A DNA stretch of 40,546 nucleotides from Macrostomum lignano (taxonomy: Eukaryota): NCBI GenBank assembly GCA_002269645.1, contig NIVC01000904.1:1-40546 (forward strand), given 5' to 3'. A model generated the notes under the pieces. That model had not been told where the DNA came from. It ran no database searches and saw only the letters and a program-made list of their open reading frames with translations. This document shows, piece after piece, positions 23,013-35,006 of the stretch. Position 1 is the first letter of the stretch, and every line of letters starts with the position of its first letter. A program made the translations under genes and the position numbers.

Positions 23013-26000
23013 ATGGAAGCAATTTTAGCTCAAATCGACAACCCTGAACTTAGAGCACAATTAATAGCTCAAATCGATGCACAACGAATTGCCGATAGGG
23101 CTGAAATAGAAGCAAGAATTAGGGCAGAAAATGAGATACGTTTAGAAAGACAATTAAATGATATTAATAACCCCCAACCACAAGGACAAAATGGAGCTGA
23201 AGTAATATATATAGATATAGATATAAATACAAATTATAAAGAATATTTTAAACAAATGAAAGATAAATTAAAGACCATATTAAACAATTATACTATAAGG
23301 CCAAATAACAAACGACAGCCAATTAAGTATAAAATAGAAGTTGAAACAGAATTTAAAAAACCAAATATTCTTAATGCAAATTCAGAAATTGAAGTAATAA
23401 ATAACTTTTCACAAGAATCATATAAAACATTATTATCAATGGGAAATTACAACAATCAATTCGATCAAATAGAAGCTGAGTTTGATGAATGGATAGATAA
23501 GATGACAGAAAACGGATCTGGGTTTATATTTGTATCCTGTAATTCAGCAATAGTAAAGATTGCACCTATAGAAATTCTTAAAGGACGATCACATATGAAG
23601 CTCAAATTTAAATCACCTATGATTATAAATCCAGACAATAAAGATAATAAATGTTTATTATGGTGTTTATTAATTCATAAATATCACAATCAAGTAGAAT
23701 CACACATTAATAAAATATATAATTATAGACAATATGAGGATGAAATAATAATGAAAAACATATCATACCCAGTAGCAATAGATGATATATATAAGATTGA
23801 AAAAATGAATGGTTTAAATATTAATGTGTTTACAATTGAAGAACCAAAAGATCTAGAAGAAATTTTAACCGATCCAGAATGGTATAAGAAAACTGTTATC
23901 TTGTTAAGCCAGCAACTGATATAACAGCACCAGATCAAATCGATCTTTTGTACATGCAGCGCGAAAATGAAACACATTATATATACATAAAAGATATTAG
24001 TTCTTTTTTAAGAGAAAATAGAAATAGATATCCACTATGTAGAAATTGTTTTACATTTAAAAAGGATGAAACAGCTCTTAAAAACCACCAACGATTTTGT
24101 TTAGATCACAAATTTACTAATGCTATAATGCCAGCATCTGAAGATGCAACCCTAAAGTTCCAACAACATTATATGGCAGTTAAAAAACCAATAGTAATAT
24201 ATGCTGATTTTGAAGCAACAAATGTTCCCTTAAAAGAATCACAGACGGTATCATCTGATGATGGGGAATGCACAAAAAAATTGGCACAACAGTTTCCGAA
24301 TAGTTATTGTATATATGTACACTCTGTAGCTGATCATATATTTAAATCAAGGATGATTACTTACCACGGTAATGATGCAGCTAAGCACATGGCAGAATCA
24401 TTAGTAAATGTATTTGAATATATTCAAAATCAATATGATAAATTATCAAAAAATATTAATATGACAAATAAGGATAGAGACAATTATAAAAATGCAACAA
24501 ATTGTTTTATGTGCAAAAGACATTTAAGTAAGAATAATAAGATACGAGAACATTGTCATCTAACAGGAAATTATCGAGGGGCAGCATGTAGATCATGTAA
24601 TGCAAAAGAAGGAAAAGGATGTAAGGAAATACCAGTATTTTTTCATAATGGTTCCGGATATGATTTTCATTTCTTAGTTCGAGAATTGCTTCATTTAGGA
24701 AAGGATGAATATGAAATAAATATATTACCTAAAACATCAGAAAATTACATATCAATAACATATGGTAAGAAATACTCCCATCTAGTTTTTCTAGATTCCT
24801 TGAGATTCTTATCAACATCTTTAGCAAATGTTGTTTCATCATTAGTTCCAAAACCATGGGATTTAGAAATAGTAAAGAAAAACTTTCCAATACTATTGAA
24901 TCGTTTCAAAAAGAAAAACTATCCGAGGAAGAACTAATGCTATTAACTCGTAAGGGCATCTATCCATATGAATATGTAACATCTGAAGACGTATTTTTTC
25001 ATACCGAATTACCCCCAATTGAAAAGTTTTATTCAACATTATCACAAACAAACATAAGTGAATCGGATTATGAACACGCTCAAAAAGTATGGAAATACTT
25101 TAATTGTAAAACATTTAAAGATTATCATAATCTATATCTTAAAGCAGATGTTCTCCTATTAGCTGATGCATTTGAAAACTTTAGGAATCATACATATGAG
25201 AATTTTAAAATTGATCCCGCATATTGTTTCAGTGCACCGGGATTAACATGGGCTTGTGGTTTGAAACATACAGATGTTAAGATTGATTTACTAACTGATC
25301 ATGATATGTTGTTAATGATTGAGAGAGGAATTCGCGGCGGATTCTCGGGTGTACTAGGAGATAGATATACTAAAGTAAATAATAAATATCTACCAAATTA
25401 TAATAAAAAAGAAAAATCATCATATGTATTATATCTAGATGCAAACAATTTATACGGTGGTTGTATGAAACAAAAATTACCAATAGCTGATTTCCAATGG
25501 GAAGATGACCCCGATTATTACAAAAATATTCCCGAAGGAAGGGGCTGTATCGTAGAAGTGGATTTGCAATATACTCGGGAAGCAAAAGCAAAAACATATA
25601 AATATCCTTTAGCTCCAGAGCATTGTTCAGTTAATGAAGATGATTTATCACAAACACAAAAAGATTATCTTAAAGTAGATAATGCAAAACATCTAGCAAC
25701 AAAAAAATTAATATTAAATTTACATGATAAGAAAAACTATGTAGTGCATTATAAGCTTCTACAATTTTATGAAAAGCAGGGATTAAAAGTGTCTAAAGTA
25801 CATCGAACAATATCGTTTATTGAGGAAGATTGGTTAGCTAAATATATTGACTTTAATTCAAATCAGAGACAGATGTCAAAAACAAATTTTGAGAAAGATT
25901 ATTGGAAATTAATGAATAATGCTTTTTATGGAAAAACGGTTGAAAATATTAGAGATAGAACCCAATTCCATTTAGAAAAGGATATTGATAAAGCAAAGAA

Positions 26001-26992
26001 ATATTTCTCAAAACCTAACTTTAAAGACTTTATAAAATTTGATGATAACTTTATGGGTATTCATATGAGAAATAAAACAACAAAATTTCTTAAACCAATA
26101 TTTATTGGAATGGTTGTTTTAGATTATGCAAAGCTGTAATGTATGAATACTATTATGATGTTATAAATAAAACATGGCCAGATAACTATCCAATATATGC
26201 AGACACCGACAGTTTGGTATTTAAGGTTGAAACAGATGATCGGGCAAAGCCGCGAACCAAAGGTTCGATGTCTATAAAGATATGGAAAAAATTAAGGATA
26301 CATTGGATACCTCCGACTATCCGGATAACCATCCTTTAAAATCAGATCAAAATAAAAAAGTTGTACTTAAAATGAAAGATGAATTAAATAGCAAAATCAT
26401 AACCGAGTTTATAGCAATAAGATCAAAATGCTATGCATTTAAGGTTTTAGGACAGGAGGGAGAGGTAAAAAAAATAAAAGGGGTATCAAGAGCAGCAGTA
26501 AAAAAGATAACATTTGATGATTATAAAAACGTACTTTTAGATTACCTTAATACAATTGAAAATTATCATGCTCCACAATATCGATTAAATTCAGATAAGC
26601 ATCAGATGTTTGTCATCGAGACAGATAAAAAAACATTAAGTCCATTTGATGATAAAAGATATTTAGATGATAAAATTAAAACATATCCATATGGTTTAAA
26701 AGAAGAGATAAAAAATATGATAAAAGATAAAAAACAAAAAGAAGATATAATAAGTAAATATAATGAATACAAAGCGGCAATAAATAATTATTATTACGAT
26801 TGTGATTGTGAATCCGAATGTGATTGTGAATATAATACATTTCTAGAATATGAAAAAGATATAGATAATTATTATTCAACATTTCCAAAAGAACTTAAAA
26901 AATTAAATAAGGAAAAAGTCTTGAATAACTGGAAGAGATTAACAGAAAAATTACTTATCGGGCGTAAAAAACTAAAGCATGTAATTGTTTAA
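23013..26992 (+). CDS. polB: Protein-primed family B DNA polymerase (pPolB), split by frameshifts
   Basis: vOTU-like DNKCLLWC...THYIYIKD, YADFE, CFMC..REHCHLTGNYRGAACRSCN, FHNGSGYDFHF, FLDSLRF, YLDANNLYG, KLMNNAFYGKT, YADTDS, KIKG, DDKRY. Confidence 0.96.
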
Positions 26993-27314
26993 GCATAATA
27001 TCATTTCAATTTCATATATATTGAGCCAATTTCCTCGCAGTCGTCAGGGTAACTTAAACAATCCTTTATTTTTTTCCTAAGTTTTTTTATTTTTCTAACC
27101 AATCTATCTATTTCAATTTCAATTACTATTTCAGCATAAACAATTCAGTTTAAAAAACGTTTTCTTTTATCTATTCATATCGGATGGGAAACATATCGTC
27201 CCCATACTCATGATATTTCTGAGATATAATTATATTTATTTTTTTATTAATATCATTAAGTTCACGCTCTTTAGTGATAAGGATTTTTATCGTATCCATT
27301 TTCTTATAAAAAAT

Positions 27315-27647
27315 TTAGTCTTCGTCGTCATCCTCCCAAACAGCCGCCAATTTTACAGTCCTATCACTCTTTTTATTATTTGTTTGTTTTAGTTTAAATT
27401 GCAATCCACCCTCGTTGCAGTATTTCATAACAAACGCTTTAGGTTTATTAATAACTAAAACAGGAAAATTTTTAACATCATCTCCGCTTAGACATAAAAT
27501 TTTTTGCCCATCTAATTGTAAAAATATTGATTGAAGCCCAATAAATTTAACCTGTCTCAAACATATAATATTATATTCTTTATTCTCCAACATATTGGGT
27601 GTGAGATAATTAATCACATTAGAATCGGTTTTGAACCAGCTCTCCAT
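27315..27647 (-). CDS. Small beta-rich protein with acidic tail (possible OB-fold ssDNA-binding protein)
   Basis: ATG at 27647 in an AAAAATG context; alternating beta-strand pattern; C-terminus WEDDDED. Confidence 0.5.
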   Translation of the reverse strand: MESWFKTDSNVINYLTPNMLENKEYNIICLRQVKFIGLQSIFLQLDGQKILCLSGDDVKNFPVLVINKPKAFVMKYCNEGGLQFKLKQTNNKKSDRTVKLAAVWEDDDED

Positions 27648-27672
27648 TTTTAATCTAAAAAAATAAAAAAAA

Positions 27673-27963
27673 ATGAAAGACATTTATGTTTGTAATAAAT
27701 GTAATGTGACTATGCACAGAGGGCAAACAGCAAACGGAGATATATATCATATGTGTTATTCATGTTCTAAAATATATCAATTTGAAAAAACAAAAAAGAT
27801 TGAAAACTCATATTACTATTTTAAAAACACAATTTTAAGAAATCTTACAAGAGACATTTCTGATCCAATTTTAATTCCCGGAAATAATGTTTATTTATAT
27901 AATAACTTTTTCCATTTAAATAAAGGAAAGGGATTAAGTTCGAAAGACTCGAAAGGATTTTAA
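27673..27963 (+). CDS. Small zinc-ribbon-like protein
   Basis: CNKC-x16-CYSC. Confidence 0.5.
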   Translation: MKDIYVCNKCNVTMHRGQTANGDIYHMCYSCSKIYQFEKTKKIENSYYYFKNTILRNLTRDISDPILIPGNNVYLYNNFFHLNKGKGLSSKDSKGF

Positions 27964-28150
27964 TTTTAGTTGGATATTATTTCAATTTTCTTATTCGAGA
28001 GAATACAAAGTTTATAAGGATAGGTAACATACCTAACGAAATGTTATTGAAAAAGTCATTGGAATTTTTATGTATTGATAAAAAATTTAAACCTAGGATC
28101 AGAAGAGAGTTACCACTTTGGGAAGAATATATAACATATGCATTAAAAAA

Positions 28151-28805
28151 CTAAACAACCTGAAGTTCTACAGCACTTCCTGACCGCGGGCTTTGTGCCC
28201 CAGTAGCAATAGTTTCAGGTTCGTAAATGCCTAATGTTTCTATCGGTGGAGCTTTGGGTTTATCGAGTCTCAACTCTTTTAATTCCATATCGGTAAAAGT
28301 TTCAACATCTAAAATTCTATTTCTATCTTTTAAATATTTTTCATATAATTCAACCGCGGTTGATAATTCATGAATCGTTATCTCTCCGTCATCCAATATT
28401 TTTTGCACATATAAATATAATTGATTTTTATATTGCTTGCAACATCTCTTAAGATTTATATTTTTCCTTTCTTTTTTTAAGATATAATTTAATTGCTAAA
28501 AGTATTGATAAGTTCCTGATCAATTCAAAACCTGATATTGAGCCAATTGAAATACCTAAAAATAATTGAGATAAATTAAGAGTTGGAATAGATTGTAAAA
28601 TACCTAAAACGATTACACATAACATTGATAAGCTTCCAAATCCAATATTGAAAAAGTCCATATTTCTTATATGGTTTGAAACTCTTCTTACTTTTTTAGC
28701 ATATAAATCATAATCATAGTTAATACGATCAACATTACTTAACATCTGACCTTTACGTTGGTTGAACCGGTCGCGTTCCCATTTATCTGCTTCAGATACC
28801 GACAT
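28151..28805 (-). CDS. Conserved Polinton membrane protein (GasderminX-like candidate), frameshifted
   Basis: Coiled coil, two hydrophobic helices, then ILDDGEITIHELSTAVELYEKY; homologous to 13153-13883. Confidence 0.7.
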
Positions 28806-28817
28806 TCTCGTCTATTT

Positions 28818-29117
28818 TTAATAGCACCAAAATGAATTCCCCACGCTCTTTGGGATTTGTCCCGAGCTCAATAGGTATTGTATTGGAGTTATTCTTTCTT
28901 TTTTCTCCCATTTAAATCCTATTTTCCAAAACTCTTGAAGTATAATATGATTTTTTAATAACTTAATTAATTCTTGAAGCTTCTTATTATCCTGAACATT
29001 TACAGTACTAAATAAAAATTTGGTATGAGATTTGAATGTTTTTATATTTGATTCTTGTTTAGGAATAGGAATAATAACATTATTTTGCCGCATCGATGGA
29101 GTTCTACTAAAAGCCAT
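28818..29117 (-). CDS. Hypothetical basic protein (about 99 aa)
   Basis: ATG at 29117 (AAAATG) within ORF 28818-29276. Confidence 0.45.
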   Translation of the reverse strand: MAFSRTPSMRQNNVIIPIPKQESNIKTFKSHTKFLFSTVNVQDNKKLQELIKLLKNHIILQEFWKIGFKWEKKERITPIQYLLSSGQIPKSVGNSFWCY

Positions 29118-29148
29118 TTTATATAGAAATATTTTATATATAAATATT

Positions 29149-31193
29149 TTATATTTGAGTAGGAGGTTTTTCCAAATAAGCAGTAGAGGGAAAAACATAA
29201 CCAAACGACGTACTACCACATACAACTGCACCACGAATAAAATGTGCAGCATCCGCTCCACCAGTTCGAGCACCAAAACCCATAAGGGTTCCAGATTTAT
29301 CTAAAGTTCCCCAAGTTCCACTATCATATGTGAAAACGTTCTGTCCAATGAGGGTAAAAGAATCACCAGCAACATTGTATGACTGTAATCGGTACCAAAC
29401 CCTTTGATTTAAAATATTAACTTCAAATAAATGCCAATCGCCGTTATCAATATTAGCATAGGCTACAGTTTGATCCGCATCACTACTAACATCGTTACGA
29501 ACCGTAGATCCGTCTGATTTTTTATTACTCCAAACAACTCCAAACCTATCAGTCCACTCACTAGCAAACACTATCAGCCCGGCGTCGGTTGATAATCCAG
29601 TTCCAAATTCCGATGTTGGACGTTCGTGACATATGCATAAAACCAAACCGCATCTGCACCATCTCCTGTAGAATTAGCAACTCGGAAAAAGAAAGACGCA
29701 GATATATTTTGAAAATGTGTGAAATTGAATTGTAAAGCACCACTTACTCCAGAAGTTTCACGAGTAATTCTAGCGCCGTTTTGATAATCGATATAAGAAG
29801 CATCGCAATTAAAGAACCGACTGGATATATATCTCCGGCGGTTGTTGGATTTTGATATCCAGACCAATTGCAAATTACTGGTTCGAACAAGGCCGCATCA
29901 ATAGCAGGTATTCCATCCAATTTATTTTTATCGCTTCCAGACATTCTACCATTTGATGTTGGAGTAGCTAGCTGATCTACGTACGCTCGCGGAACTGCAG
30001 AAAGTATTTGAGTTGGCCAATTAAGATCTTGAATTTCAACACGGTGTTCAAATAATTGTATTTGACGAACCTCGATAGGTTGTGTACCGGTACCACCAGT
30101 TGGGAAGAATACGCTATAATATTTCCAAAAATTAGTCGTTAAATTAGATAGAGCAAATGATGTTGCTTGAACTGGTGATCCCGACGTAGTTAATGTCGTC
30201 CATGAATCGGTAGCAACATTTTTTGCGCGAACCGACCACCCCGAGGGTATCTCAATTGTTTCACTGCCTGTAATTCTTAATTCAAATATTCTTCTATTAT
30301 AACCTAAAAATTCAAATTGAATTTCCATATTGGTTGTGGTTCCGGTATTTGGTGACCATTGTGTCGCAAGGCTTCCATCTCCAACTCGAAAAGCTGTGTT
30401 GCCATTTTCAGATGCTGTAAGAACAACATCAGGATTTGAAGTATTTGATGTAAGCGGCGTGGTAAAAATATCGGCGTCGGTTGCATTAGCTCGCTCGTTT
30501 ACTTGGCCTAGAGTTATCGAGTCTGCGTTCTCTGTTCCAAATAATAAATTTGTTAATTTAAAATTATTCATATTAATATTACCACTACGAGTGGCAACTT
30601 GATTATCGACATAGTTCTTATCAACCACTGAATCACTAGTTGTAATTGAAACATTTATAATTCGGTTGTTGCTCATATCTAGGTTTCCGGTTGCGGTGGT
30701 TTGAACATAACGTGAATCAGAATCAGTTCGAGAATAAGAATCAGTTACATCTCTTTTTAAATTTAATCCATTATCAACTTCGGTTTTGGTATAAGAATCG
30801 GCTACGTTCCGTTTCAAATTTAATGAATTATCAACTTCGGTTTTGGTATAAGAATCGGCTGTATTGCGTTTTAAATTTAATGAATTATCAACTTCGTTTT
30901 GGTATAAGAATCGGCTGTATTGCGTTTTAAATTTAATGAATTATCAACTTCGGTTTTGGTATAGGAATCGGCTACGTTCCGTTTCAGATTTAGTGAATCA
31001 TCTATTTGAGTTTTGGTATAGGAATCTGCAACATTTCTTTTTAAATTTAGTTTAGTATCAACTTCACTTTTTTTATAACCTTCATCTCATTAATATATCG
31101 ATTATCTCCAAATGTAACACTTATTCCACCAGATGTGCCACCACCACCACTACTTGTTGTTCCGTTCCATGAGGGTGTTCCAGAAAATAACAT
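29149..31193 (-). CDS. Modular fibre/receptor-binding protein (frameshifted)
   Basis: 19-aa repeats YTKTEVDNSLNLKRNxADS; LDMSNNRIINV/KNYVD shaft motifs; discoidin/F5-8-like domain; ATPTSNGRMSGSDKNKLDGI motif; C-terminal ConA/L-lectin-like domain (GDGADAVWF, DNGDWHLFEV). Confidence 0.75.
30725..31075 (-). repeat. 57-bp coding tandem repeat (about 6 copies) in the fibre gene
   Basis: ATACCAAAACCGAAGTTGATAATTCATTAAATTTAAAACG.. repeated on the minus strand. Confidence 0.9.
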
Positions 31194-31203
31194 TTTTTAC
31201 TGT

Positions 31204-31641
31204 CTATTTTATAGAGTCTAAAATATTCTTAAATACTTCGGGGGTTTCCTTCGAGTTATTAATTTTATATAAAAAATACAACGCCGCTTGCCCGCAATAA
31301 CTTTTATCAAAGGTTTGAAATTGTTCGTGATGATCTCCACATAAACGATTTTTAGTATGATTAAATTTATCTTTTATTTCCTGTAACGGAGGAAGCGCGT
31401 ATGAATCAAAAAAATAAACAAGTTTTGGTTTTGAATAAACTGCTGACCAATGAACACCATTTTCTTTTGTTGTTTCAATATTAACAATGAAAGATCCATA
31501 TTGTGGTAAGTCTTTGATCTCATCTCGCATAACACATCTGAATGGTTTTATTTTTAACTGCCTCGCCCAATTTGTTAATTCGATATTGCTTGTTGTGTCC
31601 GTTCCATATCTTTGTTTAAAATCATCCCACGTCATGGTCAT
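31204..31641 (-). CDS. Adenain-like cysteine protease, intact
   Basis: GVHWSAV, FFDSYA, FQTFDKSYCG: His-Asp-Gln-Cys all present. Confidence 0.95.
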   Translation of the reverse strand: MTMTWDDFKQRYGTDTTSNIELTNWARQLKIKPFRCVMRDEIKDLPQYGSFIVNIETTKENGVHWSAVYSKPKLVYFFDSYALPPLQEIKDKFNHTKNRLCGDHHEQFQTFDKSYCGQAALYFLYKINNSKETPEVFKNILDSIK

Positions 31642-31642
31642 T

Positions 31643-31822
31643 TTATGTTCCTGAAAAACTCTTGGTTTTAGTTAGTTTCGTAGGTGTGGGTTTTAACAAT
31701 TCCTTTCTTATTTTATCAGCTTGTAACTGCCTTAATTTTGCTAGTTCTAGTTCGTAATTATCTTCAGCTTTTTTAACTTTTTCTGATTGTTTTTTTATTA
31801 AATTATTATTATTATTACCCAT
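31643..31822 (-). CDS. Small basic coiled-coil protein (59 aa, MGNNNNN...)
   Basis: Read by eye; AAAAATG context; fills the gap between penton and protease exactly. Confidence 0.5.
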   Translation of the reverse strand: MGNNNNNLIKKQSEKVKKAEDNYELELAKLRQLQADKIRKELLKPTPTKLTKTKSFSGT

Positions 31823-31832
31823 TTTTACAGTA

Positions 31833-32618
31833 CTAAACCTGTTTTATACGTAAAATTATTGTTATTGACTGCCCACCAAAACTTATTAATCTATCGCTTT
31901 CATCTACAATCCTAATATAAATTGATTGAACATTATATTGATTTAATGGGTAATATATTGGGGTTTGAGGTGATACAATCATTTTCTCTCCAATTGGAAC
32001 AGCAAGAAATGGGATTGAATAAATAATTCCACGTTGAACCAAAACTCCGTTATCGTCTGTTATATAACCACCGTTTGAAATGTCGGTTGTTATATTAATT
32101 GTATTTACTCCACCCTCTATATTTCCAACTGTATCACCGGTGCTTGATGTGGTAACTATTCGGGAATTAAATCCAAGTATGGTTCTGAGTGAATTTGCAA
32201 TTGTGAAATCAACCTGATATCCGGATCCTAGTGATAGTGTGAATCTGCCAGACGGTAAATCAACACCTATAACAATTGCTCCTGCTACCCAATCACCATT
32301 AGTTGTTAATTCTCCTTCTATATAAGCATTCAAATCAGTATAGCTATACGCTCCTGGGTTAACGCTAAATGTTGTCCAATTGGCTCCGGAATCTTTAGAA
32401 TATCTAAATTGATTATTTGTTGCATTAATTAATTGAGGCATGTTGAAAACCGAAAATAGTATTAAACCTATTTGATAACTTAGGCTTTGATCAAGTTGTA
32501 ATGGATCGCGCAATTGAATCCGTTGCTCGCTGGTTGTCATTATAAACTGTAATGTTGTACTAAATTTTGAATTAGTTCGATCTACCAATTGTTTTATAGT
32601 ATTTAAATTTGTAGTCAT
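31833..32618 (-). CDS. Minor capsid protein (penton, single jelly-roll)
   Basis: PGAYSYTDLN, SLRTILGF, INITTDI, IIYSIP, PIYYPL, IYIRIVDE..RLISFGG..ITIILRI. Confidence 0.92.
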   Translation of the reverse strand: MTTNLNTIKQLVDRTNSKFSTTLQFIMTTSEQRIQLRDPLQLDQSLSYQIGLILFSVFNMPQLINATNNQFRYSKDSGANWTTFSVNPGAYSYTDLNAYIEGELTTNGDWVAGAIVIGVDLPSGRFTLSLGSGYQVDFTIANSLRTILGFNSRIVTTSSTGDTVGNIEGGVNTINITTDISNGGYITDDNGVLVQRGIIYSIPFLAVPIGEKMIVSPQTPIYYPLNQYNVQSIYIRIVDESDRLISFGGQSITIILRIKQV

Positions 32619-33448
32619 TTTTATAGTGGGAAATTAATCGTACGAAGGTACGCGACCCTATGCGATCATTCTTCTTCCTCATATCTTCTTTTATCAAATT
32701 TTTAAATTCTATTTTCCTTTCTAACCTCGGATTGATATAAATATGTTTGTATTGGCTATCATCCCAAATTTTTTTACACATACTTTTAAATGGTTTTGCA
32801 TCCAATCCGGGATTAAATCTAGCGTGAATATTTTGTAATCATATTATCTAAATCAAACATTACACAACAGCTTGCATTCTTTTTTATAATCGATTCTAAT
32901 TCTCTAAAGGATTGAGTAAGATAAAAAGCTCCAATTCCATCTCCTCTACCACTAACAAAAATTTCCTTTTGCAATTCTTGATCACCGTCATTAATACAAT
33001 CATCAAAAATAATTAGTGTTTTATCATGTTTTGGAATTTGATCATAGGCTAATCGGGTTGATACTCTAACAGTTGGGGCTCGATCGGACGAAGTCCGCGA
33101 CCCTTCGGGGCGATCGGTGATGTTTTCTGGCTGTTGTGCCATTGTTTTACATAAATCCTCAATGTCTGCTAGATTAAATCGCGGTTCGTCATCATCCTCA
33201 TATTGCTCATATGCTCTTAACATTCTAAACAAGACATCTTTTTTTAATTTGTTTTTTAATCCATGTTTAAGAAATTCATAATATTTTATTCTAGGTTTAT
33301 TAGTATAAATTATTAAATTATTATAGTCTAACATTCCATCTGTGTTTAAATCGTAAACAAAGTGTGTTTTTCCTTTACCTGATCCTCCGATTACTAAACA
33401 AAGAAAAGGATCATTTGGAAATATCTTATCGTGTTTTGCCTTTACCAT
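32572..33448 (-). CDS. A32/FtsK-like packaging ATPase (frameshift at about 32830)
   Basis: Walker A IGGSGKGKT, Walker B LIIFDD, SGRGDGIGAFYLTQS. Confidence 0.92.
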
Positions 33449-33499
33449 TTTTAAAGAAATAATTTAAATAGGCGCGACGGTCGGAGACCTGCACTCATT

Positions 33500-34972
33500 T
33501 TACAATGGTGCGTCCCGAACAATCGTGCCATCAGCTTTAGCAATTGACATATATTCCTCTAGAAACAATACGTGGGCGTCAAGTGCCTGATTACCGGTTT
33601 TATTAATCTCTAACATATAATTAAGTCCAATATTGGCTACGTTTTCTTTCTGTGCCGTTAGATCATAAACAACCACTGGATGAATGTTTAGAAACTCTGT
33701 GGGTGTGTACTGAGGGACGGCATACGCTTCATTTTTAGCATAATCTTGATAATATTTTATAAAATCATTAACATTATTATTTGCTATATTTAAATTTAGG
33801 GGGTCTTTAACCGGATAATATTGATCATCAACCTGCAGGCGGATATTCTGAACATTAAACTCGTTAATAGCTGCAGCCGCATTGTCTGTTGCGGTGGCTG
33901 CTTGTTCTGCTATGGCACCGGATTGAAGCCAATATAAATCCCCATTTGCTCTTTTACTCCTTCTATTTGTTATCTTAAACCAAACAAAAATATATCTCAC
34001 CCGACGTTTTGATGTCAGTATTTGCCACTGGAATGAATCCTGGTTATTATTAATGGTTCGCATAAAATGTCGACGATTCAAATAAAATATTTCCTGATCA
34101 TGCGTTAACTGATTATCGATGTGTTTTAAAAGTGGGGCTGTTACCTCAATAGTTGGTACGACTAATTGAATTGAATCTATACGAACTGCTATATCGGTTG
34201 AAATTGAGGTTCCATAAAGTATCCTAGGCTGATATCCACCAGATATTTGCAACTGTATCCCAAATTTTAATCCTTTCCATACCCGATTTGGTGAGAAAAA
34301 CCCAAATAGTGGAAAGATTGAAAAGTCCTGCTCATATGCTGTTGCTGTGGTTAAAACCGCGACTGGGAATTTATTCTGACGATCTATAAAACCAGTATTA
34401 ATATCTTTTGTATTAGTCATAGTGGTTACAACTGGAACTATGTTTGTATTAAGGTAAACAATTAGCGCTGCAGTATCTGCACCGGCTGCGTTTTGTACAT
34501 TAGGGAAAACTACTGCTTGACCGTTACCTTTATCCGGCATCCACCCAACATTATCACCAACTTGTTTTGATAAATAAGTATAATTTAAATGTTTCAAAAC
34601 TCCATTAATCTCTGCGGGGTTTGATGATGTCTCAACCTCAGCACCATTAACAGTTAGTTGAGCTTGGGAAAAACATTTATAAAACCAATCATTTTCTATT
34701 ATTATTCCGGATCGATCTGCGATATCTCCGGCTGCAAGAGCAGTTCCATCATTTCTAGTATACAACCATCTAACGCGGAAAAACGCATTTTTCATATCCA
34801 ATATAGTGTTGGTTGCGCCGATGTCAAAAGTTACCGTTCCAGTAGTAAAGTTATTTGAATTATCACTTGTTGGTAGGGTATAATTTAAATCTCTTGCTCT
34901 GACCTCATTAATATACTGTCGGTGCTTTTTGAAATGAAATTTATCACTCCACATAGTTTTTGTTTCAGCCAT
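33500..34972 (-). CDS. Double jelly-roll major capsid protein, intact (490 aa)
   Basis: ENDWFYKCFSQAQLTVNGAEVE, FPLFGFF, IQLVVPTIE, RYIFVWF, NIRLQVDDQYYP, HPVVVYDLT. Confidence 0.92.
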   Translation of the reverse strand: MAETKTMWSDKFHFKKHRQYINEVRARDLNYTLPTSDNSNNFTTGTVTFDIGATNTILDMKNAFFRVRWLYTRNDGTALAAGDIADRSGIIIENDWFYKCFSQAQLTVNGAEVETSSNPAEINGVLKHLNYTYLSKQVGDNVGWMPDKGNGQAVVFPNVQNAAGADTAALIVYLNTNIVPVVTTMTNTKDINTGFIDRQNKFPVAVLTTATAYEQDFSIFPLFGFFSPNRVWKGLKFGIQLQISGGYQPRILYGTSISTDIAVRIDSIQLVVPTIEVTAPLLKHIDNQLTHDQEIFYLNRRHFMRTINNNQDSFQWQILTSKRRVRYIFVWFKITNRRSKRANGDLYWLQSGAIAEQAATATDNAAAAINEFNVQNIRLQVDDQYYPVKDPLNLNIANNNVNDFIKYYQDYAKNEAYAVPQYTPTEFLNIHPVVVYDLTAQKENVANIGLNYMLEINKTGNQALDAHVLFLEEYMSIAKADGTIVRDAPL

Positions 34973-35006
34973 TTTTTTAAGTTAAAAAAGTTTTTTATGT
35001 TAAAAA

